This document shows, one piece after another, positions 1 to 6,298 of a stretch of DNA of 64,000 bases (position 1 is its first letter; each line of letters starts with the position of its first letter). The position numbers and the translations under genes are program-made. The notes under the pieces are model-generated. The model was not told where the DNA came from and searched no databases. It saw only the letters and a list, made by a program, of their open reading frames with translations. This DNA is from Aggregatilineales bacterium (lineage in GTDB: Bacteria > Chloroflexota > Anaerolineae > Aggregatilineales > J027), in assembly GCA_965215855.1 (NCBI GenBank), contig CBDCER010000001.1:17531-81530 (forward strand), given 5' to 3'.

Positions 1-936
1 GGCTCCGAGTTCGCGCTGGATGATCGTTTGGATATAGCCAATCATGTCCCGCGCTGCGCCGAGTACCTGGGGTGTACAGCGCAGTGAATAGGGATCTTGT
101 ACGCGGGGGTCGTCGGCCCGGTGATCTGGCAGAATCGTGCTGCCCGCCAGCAACTCGCGCATCTGCCGGGCAACCGCCGCCTGCCCGGCTTGCTGTCGGA
201 TGTTGTGGACGCGCGGGTCGAGGAAAGAGTCGGTCGCACGGCAGGCATCAATTGAGAGGGCCGCCGCTCCTATTGCCGCAGCCAGGAGCCGCTTGGCATC
301 CATGACCAGCAATGCGCTCATCGCGGCCATTAGGTGCGTGCCATTGATGAGCGCCAACCCCTCTTTGGCATCCAGTATGACTGGCGTGATTCCTCGTTGT
401 GCCAGCGCCTCACTGCCAGACAAGATTCCACCATTCAGCACGGCGCTGCCTTCACCAATCAAAACACTCACGATGTGGGCGAGTGGGGCCAGATCACCAC
501 TCGCCCCCACTGATCCTCGCGATGGCACAACGGGCGTGATGCCAGCATTCAGCAGCCTGATGAGGTTCTCGACCACGACGGAGCGCACGCCAGAATGTCC
601 GCGCACTAGGCTGGCGGCTAGAATCAGCATGGCGGCCCGCACCACGTCATCTGGCAGCGGTTCGCCGATACCGGCGGCGTGGCTGCGAATCAGATTGCGC
701 TGAACCTGCTGGACCTGCTCTGGCGGAATCCGGACCCGGCTCAGGCTGCCGAAACCGGTGTTGATGCCATAGGCGACTTGCTGCTGTTCGACGACATCAT
801 CGACCACCGCTCGTCCGGTGGCAATTCGCGCATAGGCCTCGGCGTGCAACTCTACAGGTCGCCCATGCCGCGCTACTGCTTCCAGGTCGGCAAGTTGGAG
901 TGGGTTGCCGTCTATTGCCAGCGGTGTATCAGCCAT
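1..936 (-). CDS. hutH: histidine ammonia-lyase, N-terminal ~312 codons (3' end runs off the window start)
   Basis: Own minus-strand translation from ATG 936-934: MADTPLAIDGNPLQLADLEAV...VVPSRGSVGASGDLAPLAH (Ala-Ser-Gly MIO motif). Not in the ORF track because it is open at the window edge. The plus-strand ORFs here are shadow frames. Confidence 0.85.
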   Translation of the reverse strand, partial: MADTPLAIDGNPLQLADLEAVARHGRPVELHAEAYARIATGRAVVDDVVEQQQVAYGINTGFGSLSRVRIPPEQVQQVQRNLIRSHAAGIGEPLPDDVVRAAMLILAASLVRGHSGVRSVVVENLIRLLNAGITPVVPSRGSVGASGDLAPLAHIVSVLIGEGSAVLNGGILSGSEALAQRGITPVILDAKEGLALINGTHLMAAMSALLVMDAKRLLAAAIGAAALSIDACRATDSFLDPRVHNIRQQAGQAAVARQMRELLAGSTILPDHRADDPRVQDPYSLRCTPQVLGAARDMIGYIQTIIQRELGA

Positions 937-2473
937 TGTTGCCCTCTGGCACGCGCCCGTAGACCTCGGTTAGTTCGCGGATGCGATGGATGATCTCAGC
1001 GGTGAGTTGCTCTGGGTGCAAGCGCCATTGCCAGTTGCCACTTTCGCTGCTGGGATAGTTCATGCGGGCCTCGTTGCCTAAGCCCAACAAGTCCTGCATA
1101 GGCGCAATCGCAATGTCCGCGACTGACATCCAGCCGAGTCGGATCAAATCCCAATGCGCTTCGTCGTCAACCAAAATCCGTGCATATTGCCGTGCGAAGT
1201 GCCGTTCGGCGGCTACAACTGCGGGGTCATCGGTCGTGCCGGTGGTATCGGCGCGACGGAACCAGCCCATGGTGGTTTCGTTGTCGTGTGTGCCGGTGTA
1301 GACGACAGTGTTATGCTCATAGTGGTGCGGCAGAAATTCGTTGGATGTGCCTGATCCGAAGGCGAATTGGATGACAGCCATGCCTGGCAGGTCGAATTGT
1401 TTGCGGAGGGCGGTTACAGCTTGGGTGATGATGCCTAAATCTTCGGCAATGACGGGCAATGAATCGCCCAATGCGCCCTGCATCGCTTCGAAGAATGCCG
1501 CGCGTGGACCGGCCACCCAGCGCCCTTTGACCGCCGTCGGCTCCTCTGCCGGAATCTCCCAATAGTCTTCAAAGCCGCGAAAATGGTCAATGCGGATGAT
1601 GTCTACCATTGTCAGCATGGCTCGGAAGCGTTTGATCCACCAGGCAAAGCCGTTGCGCTGCATTAAGTCCCAGCGGTAGAGGGGATTGCCCCAGCGTTGG
1701 CCGGTGGCGCTGAAATAGTCGGGGGGGACGCCGGCGACGACGGTTGGGTTGCCCATGTCATCCAGGTAGAACAGGTGGGGATTGGCCCATACATCGGCGC
1801 TGTCGTGAGCCACAAAAATCGGAATGTCACCGATAATGCGGATGCCGCGTGCATTGGCCTCGGTTTTCACCGCCCACCATTGCTCGAAAAACAGCCATTG
1901 CATGAACTTTTGATAGCCGATGATGTTGCTTAGGCGTTGGCGGGCGGCGTCCAAAGTTACCGGATCACGCTGGATCAGTTCCACCGGCCACTCGACCCAG
2001 GGGCCGCCGCCGTTGTCGTATTTTAGCGCCATGAACAGGGCGAAATCGTCCAGCCACTCGGCCTGTTGGTTGCAGAACACATGATAGGCATGTTTATCTT
2101 CGTAATGGGTCTCGAAATTCTGATAGGCCTGATATAACCGGCTCATTTTGTAGTCAATGACCGGCCCATAATCCACACGCTCGGCGTAGAAGAGGGGCTG
2201 GTTGTCGTCCAGATCGCCCTGGCTTAACAAGCCTTTCTCGACCAGTCGCTCTAGGTTGATGAGCAAAGGGTTGCCCGCGAAGGCCGAAAACGATTGGTAG
2301 GGCGAGTCGCCGTAGCCGGTGGGGCCGAGGGGGAGAACTTGCCACAATTGCTGGCGGCTGGCGCTCAGGAAGTCGAGGAATTGGTAGGCGGCACTGCCCA
2401 GGTCGCCAATGCCGTGGGGGCCGGGGAGGGAAGTGGGGTGTAACAAAATGCCGCTGGATCGCTCAAATGCCAT
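929..2473 (-). CDS. malQ: 4-alpha-glucanotransferase (amylomaltase, GH77)
   Basis: 514 aa. N-terminus is RSSGILLHPTSLPGPHGIGDLG, with GH77-typical blocks along the length. Stop TGA 929-931 overlaps the hutH ATG (ATGGCTGA). Confidence 0.93.
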   Translation of the reverse strand: MAFERSSGILLHPTSLPGPHGIGDLGSAAYQFLDFLSASRQQLWQVLPLGPTGYGDSPYQSFSAFAGNPLLINLERLVEKGLLSQGDLDDNQPLFYAERVDYGPVIDYKMSRLYQAYQNFETHYEDKHAYHVFCNQQAEWLDDFALFMALKYDNGGGPWVEWPVELIQRDPVTLDAARQRLSNIIGYQKFMQWLFFEQWWAVKTEANARGIRIIGDIPIFVAHDSADVWANPHLFYLDDMGNPTVVAGVPPDYFSATGQRWGNPLYRWDLMQRNGFAWWIKRFRAMLTMVDIIRIDHFRGFEDYWEIPAEEPTAVKGRWVAGPRAAFFEAMQGALGDSLPVIAEDLGIITQAVTALRKQFDLPGMAVIQFAFGSGTSNEFLPHHYEHNTVVYTGTHDNETTMGWFRRADTTGTTDDPAVVAAERHFARQYARILVDDEAHWDLIRLGWMSVADIAIAPMQDLLGLGNEARMNYPSSESGNWQWRLHPEQLTAEIIHRIRELTEVYGRVPEGNNG

Positions 2474-2642
2474 CTTGTTTATTCGCTCCTGAAATCCAAT
2501 GTGGTGAAATTCGGCGTGGGGCTGGCTGTCGGGCGAGATAATGCAGATAAATCATGAACCAGGTAATGTTTTGGGCGGGCAGATACGTTGATCCGCCCCT
2601 ATAGCATACCCCAGATTACGCTTCTTCATGCGGAATTTGGGT

Positions 2643-2690
2643 GACGGGGGCGCTATAGCACCCCCCTACAGTCCGTTGCCGATTTCACCG
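2643..2690 (+). repeat. dispersed GC-palindrome repeat, family 2 (core ACGGGGGCGC-TATA-GCACCCCCCTACA..CCGTT)
   Basis: GGGGGCGC TATA GCACCCCC hairpin-capable core at 2646-2666. Related copies at 13859-13947, 24001-24045 and 48273-48368. Confidence 0.6.
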
Positions 2691-3035
2691 CGAAATCTAT
2701 TCGCAAAATTTCGATAGATGATACCAGACATGGCGGGGATGGGCGATGGTTTGGGTGGGGGAATGGGGCCGGGCACGACGGGAGCGAATCCAGGCCGTGC
2801 CCCAGCTTCTGTATATGCCCGACGCCACCAGTTGGCCCCATACCGGTGTGCGAAAAATCGCCTGCGTGCGGACGAGACTACCCTGCGCCTTCTCAATTTC
2901 TTCGCCGCAACCTGCAAACCGTAGTCGGCAGGCACTATTGGAAGCGGTTGTCCTATGGTGGGGAGCCGCTCGCAACCGGAGCCGCATCTTCGTGATAACG
3001 GTTATCCGGCGCCCTGTGAAGAGAGACTGAGGAGT

Positions 3036-3119
3036 GAGACGCACGCCCACCGCCACCCGCAGGCCGTTGTTGTCGTTCCTGTTGTTCGGGTTGTTGTTGC
3101 GCGAGGACGCACCCGCGTC
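3036..3119 (-). repeat. DGR template repeat (TR), non-coding
   Basis: Coding-sense sequence is ..GAC GCG GGT GCG TCC TCG CGC AAC AAC AAC CCG AAC AAC AGG AAC GAC AAC AAC GGC CTG CGG GTG GCG GTG GGC GTG CGT CTC. It has 19 A, 16 of which differ from the VR copy 231 nt away. All 65 non-A positions are identical. Confidence 0.9.
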
Positions 3120-3163
3120 CATAGCCAGGGAGCCTCATGACGCCTTGCGACGCCACGTCCATC

Positions 3164-3169
3164 ATTATA
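3164..3169 (-). promoter_or_regulatory. candidate -10 box (TATAAT) about 45 nt upstream of the TR
   Basis: Perfect TATAAT on the minus strand between the target-gene stop and the TR. No convincing -35, so this is weak. Confidence 0.25.
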
Positions 3170-3190
3170 CCCCATTTCCAAATTTGCGCG

Positions 3191-3228
3191 ATTCGCGCCT
3201 GCGGCGCGGCAGGGGGAAGTGTCCCCCT
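3191..3228 (-). promoter_or_regulatory. two GC-rich hairpins just downstream of the VR and stop codon (DGR target-site hairpin candidate and/or terminator)
   Basis: AGGGGGA-AGTG-TCCCCCT (3211-3228; 7-bp stem, 4-nt loop) and CGCGCC-TGC-GGCGCG (3194-3208). No clear U-tract follows. Confidence 0.5.
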
Positions 3229-3254
3229 ACAACCCCCTCACAGAGGACAGAGCG

Positions 3255-6140
3255 TCATTGAGAAGGGAGACGCACGCCCACCGCCACCCGCAGGCCGCCG
3301 TAGCCGGCCCCGAGGCGCGGGTTGAAGGAGCGCGAGGACGCACCCGCGCCACGGCTGTGGTACGCCCCGCCCATCAATCGCTTATAATTCGTTGATACAA
3401 AATCAATTTTCAAATCACCGCTGTCATTCAAACACCACTCCCAGACATTCCCGGCCATGTCCAACGCGCCGCAATCCGCCGCGCCGTGTGGAAAGACGCC
3501 GACCGCACTCGTCCGCCCAATACCACCTTCGCTTCCATTGACGCGCCGCGCATCAAACTTCGGCCCCCAGGGGTATCCCTGGGCTGGGTTGCCACCCGTC
3601 GCGGCGTGTATCCATTCCCACTCCGCCGGTAAGCGCACCTCGACATTACCCCCGATGACCAGCGGCGGTTGTTGCTCATCTTCAGGATGCGGCAAGGTTT
3701 CGCCCCGCAAACGAGCCGTCAACCAGCGCGTGAAGGCCACGGCCTGATACCACGACACGTTATCACGGGGATAGTTGTCGTATTTTTGGCGCTGGTTTGC
3801 CATCGACTGTTTGTGGTATTCCTCGGTCAACTCGGCCCACCATTCATCGCGCCCGAAGCCATCCTCGGCCCCCAAAAACGCCTCAAATTGGGAATAGGTG
3901 ACCAGATAGCGGGCGATGTAGAACGGCGCGACGGTGAAGGTTTGCCCTTTGATCTCGATCTGTCCGCCTGGCACCGGACACCAGTCGATTTCGGGCGTGC
4001 CATCGTCGCGGACTCCAATACCGAAACGGTCATCGCCCAGGTTGTGCAATGTCTCGCCAATCACGCTACGGCGGGCGGGGGATGTGTTGATGTCATGCAG
4101 TTCGCGCCACAGACGTTTCTGTTCTGGCTCGGTGAAGTCTAGCATCACACGGGCTTCGGTGTTGTCGGGATCGTACTCTACGCCCAGGTTGCGGCAGGCG
4201 TCCTGGAATTCGTTGATTTTGGCGGTGTTGGGCAACATGAAGTCGGGGCGGTCACGTTCATCCCACCAGCGGGCCTCGCGCTCCAGGCTGCGGATCAGGC
4301 GCAGGTCATCCTGGGTGGCCTCGATCCAGTCCGCCAGGCGTTCCCAGTTGCGTAAAATGGCCTCGTGAGCGACTTCCAGTGTCACAGCGCCGTCCTGGCG
4401 GTCGGTAATCAGGAGGCGGGCATCGGTGAAGGCGGTTACCATGTTCCGTTCGTCGGCGTCCAGGGCGTTCGGATCGATGATGGCGCGTCGCCGGGTGGCT
4501 ACGCCGCGCTCATCGACCTCGACCAGTTCATGGAAGATGGCGTGCAGCAGGGCGGTTTTGGCATCTTCAGCGCCGGATAATTTCGCAAAGACGCCCTCGG
4601 CCCGTTTGCCAATCGCGCCCGCCACGCGGCCAATGGCTTCGTAGTCGGCGAAGGTGATTTGCAGAGATTCCGGGGCGGACGAGGCATGCCTCGCCCCTAC
4701 GCGGCGGGATTCGGCGATTTTGTATAGCTCGTCCAGGGCATAGGCCATCAGTGCCAGTGCGCCGCGATCATGGCCCATGTCATCCAAGATCTGGGATACC
4801 AGTCCGTCTTCGAAGTCCAGGGCGGCGCGTTCGGCAGGGCGGACGATCATTTCGTGCAAAGCGGATAGGGTCGGGGCGGCCAGCGGGAATGTTCCGCGTT
4901 GTAGCAGGTCGGCCAGGGTGGGCAGAGCCAGGCAGCGATGGTAGAAATCGGCGCGGAGGGTGATGACGGCGCGTAAACGGTGGCTGGTGTTGATGGCGAC
5001 GAGCAGGGCGGCGAAGGATTCTAGGTAGGCAGGTTGGTTGAGGGTGAACAATTCCTCAAACTGGTCGATGAACAGCAATAGCTCGGCGTCTGGTGGGTGG
5101 GCAGTCAACGCCGCTGCGCCCCAGTTCAGGATGCTGGCTGGATCTTCGTGCAAGGTAGTCGCCAGTTGGCGGGGCACTTCGCCAACCAACGGCCCGAACC
5201 GTGCCGCTAATGCTGCAAAGGGGTTATCGCCGATTTCGCCGGGCGTAAAACGCAGGTAGACCCACTGCCGCAGGTCGTTGTTCCAGGCGGGGAGCAGCCA
5301 GCCACTGCTATCTGGCAGCGCATCATCCCCCAAACGCGGCAATAATCCGGCCCCCACAAGTGATGATTTACCGGAACCACTGGCCCCAATCACCGCCACA
5401 AATCGCGCCTCGCGCAGGCGTTGCACCAGCCGGTCGGTTTCGCGTCCGCGCCCGAAATAAATGGCGGTTTGCTGATCATTGAAGGGTTTCAGGCCGGGGA
5501 AGGGTGATCCCTGCCAGAGCTGGGGCGGGGCACCGGGTGGTTTCTCGGTGGTGGTGGTGGTGGCGTCGGGGTGCTTCCGCAGATAGCGGAGGTGGCTTTC
5601 CAGTTGTTGGGTGAACAATTCGCGGAAATCTTCGGGTTCCTCATAGCGGTTTTCAAAAACCGGGTCGCCGTCGGGTGTTTTGAAGTCGGCAAAGAAGGTC
5701 TCGACTTTTTGCCATTGGGCCAGGCGTTGTGGGGCGTCGGGTTGGCGCACATCAATTTGGGGGTCAGCCGTTCGCCGATAAACCCACGTCTCCACACCCG
5801 CTGCCAGTGCATCGCTCAACTCGTAGTGTGTGCCCGAATTATACGGCTCACCATCCATCGTCACTTCCGACCCCATCCGCGACCAGAATATCACGATGAC
5901 CAAATCACATTCGGAAGGCTTAATCAAATAACGATCCACCGATTTTTGGGCGTTGACGTTGGCAGGCATCGGCAGCGTCACCCTCGGATCATCCCAACGC
6001 AGCGGCTCCAGCGTGAATTCACCTTTGAATTCATCCTGGAAGTTCATGTCTTCGATGACTTTCGCTGCGATGCCGCGTTCCTCGGAGACATCGCCGGGAG
6101 ACGAGATGAAAATGCGGAGATGGCGGGGATCTGAGGTCAT
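3255..6140 (-). CDS. DGR target: DUF4062-like N-terminal domain + P-loop STAND NTPase + C-terminal FGE-sulfatase/C-type-lectin-fold domain
   Basis: RIFISSPGDVSEERG (DUF4062-like). FPGLKPF..IYFGRGRETDRLVQRL..FVAVIGASGSGKSSLVGAGLLPRL (Walker A) and LLLFIDQFEELF (Walker B). C-terminal YLVTYSQFEAF, NVSWYQAVAFTRWL, GNVWEWC, GGAYHS..GLRVAVG (FGE fold). Start placed at ATG 6140 (AAGGA 7 nt upstream); the ORF track extends to 6218. Confidence 0.85.
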   Translation of the reverse strand: MTSDPRHLRIFISSPGDVSEERGIAAKVIEDMNFQDEFKGEFTLEPLRWDDPRVTLPMPANVNAQKSVDRYLIKPSECDLVIVIFWSRMGSEVTMDGEPYNSGTHYELSDALAAGVETWVYRRTADPQIDVRQPDAPQRLAQWQKVETFFADFKTPDGDPVFENRYEEPEDFRELFTQQLESHLRYLRKHPDATTTTTEKPPGAPPQLWQGSPFPGLKPFNDQQTAIYFGRGRETDRLVQRLREARFVAVIGASGSGKSSLVGAGLLPRLGDDALPDSSGWLLPAWNNDLRQWVYLRFTPGEIGDNPFAALAARFGPLVGEVPRQLATTLHEDPASILNWGAAALTAHPPDAELLLFIDQFEELFTLNQPAYLESFAALLVAINTSHRLRAVITLRADFYHRCLALPTLADLLQRGTFPLAAPTLSALHEMIVRPAERAALDFEDGLVSQILDDMGHDRGALALMAYALDELYKIAESRRVGARHASSAPESLQITFADYEAIGRVAGAIGKRAEGVFAKLSGAEDAKTALLHAIFHELVEVDERGVATRRRAIIDPNALDADERNMVTAFTDARLLITDRQDGAVTLEVAHEAILRNWERLADWIEATQDDLRLIRSLEREARWWDERDRPDFMLPNTAKINEFQDACRNLGVEYDPDNTEARVMLDFTEPEQKRLWRELHDINTSPARRSVIGETLHNLGDDRFGIGVRDDGTPEIDWCPVPGGQIEIKGQTFTVAPFYIARYLVTYSQFEAFLGAEDGFGRDEWWAELTEEYHKQSMANQRQKYDNYPRDNVSWYQAVAFTRWLTARLRGETLPHPEDEQQPPLVIGGNVEVRLPAEWEWIHAATGGNPAQGYPWGPKFDARRVNGSEGGIGRTSAVGVFPHGAADCGALDMAGNVWEWCLNDSGDLKIDFVSTNYKRLMGGAYHSRGAGASSRSFNPRLGAGYGGLRVAVGVRLPSQ
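3267..3350 (-). repeat. DGR variable repeat (VR) inside the 3' end of the STAND/FGE gene
   Basis: Coding sense is ..GGC GCG GGT GCG TCC TCG CGC TCC TTC AAC CCG CGC CTC GGG GCC GGC TAC GGC GGC CTG CGG GTG GCG GTG GGC GTG CGT CTC. It differs from the TR only where the TR has A. Confidence 0.9.
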
Positions 6141-6298
6141 AGGTCGGTCCTTGTGTATCAACATGGTTTCATAGGGCAGTATTTTGATAAGCATAGCGTC
6201 CCTTGCACTACTTGCCAACCTTCACGGGATGGGCGATGCAATTCGTGGCGCGTGTGTTAAAATCGGGGTGATTATTGGGGTGCGATTGAGGACAGTGC

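Noticed and set aside
137-993. Plus-strand ORFs 137-703 and 679-993
   Set aside because: They lie antisense to a clearly recognisable hutH frame (MIO motif) and have Ala/Arg/Ser-rich shadow-frame composition.
929-2473. FYLDDMG in MalQ as a possible reverse-transcriptase YxDD box
   Set aside because: The context is a GH77 glucanotransferase and the other RT motifs are absent.
2666-2935. 89-aa very basic ORF downstream of the TR, considered as a possible Avd accessory protein
   Set aside because: It lies on the wrong side of the TR. It has a Pro-rich C-terminal half incompatible with a four-helix bundle, and Arg-rich composition typical of an off-frame GC-rich read. No support.
2697-3122. 141-aa minus-strand ORF starting MDAGASSRNNNPNNRNDNNGLRVAVGVRL, which looks like a small FGE-tail protein or a truncated pseudogene of the neighbour
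   Set aside because: Similarity to the upstream gene is confined to 84 nt and shows strictly adenine-specific differences. The rest of the ORF has no protein-like features. Interpreted as a non-coding DGR template repeat, not a CDS or pseudogene.
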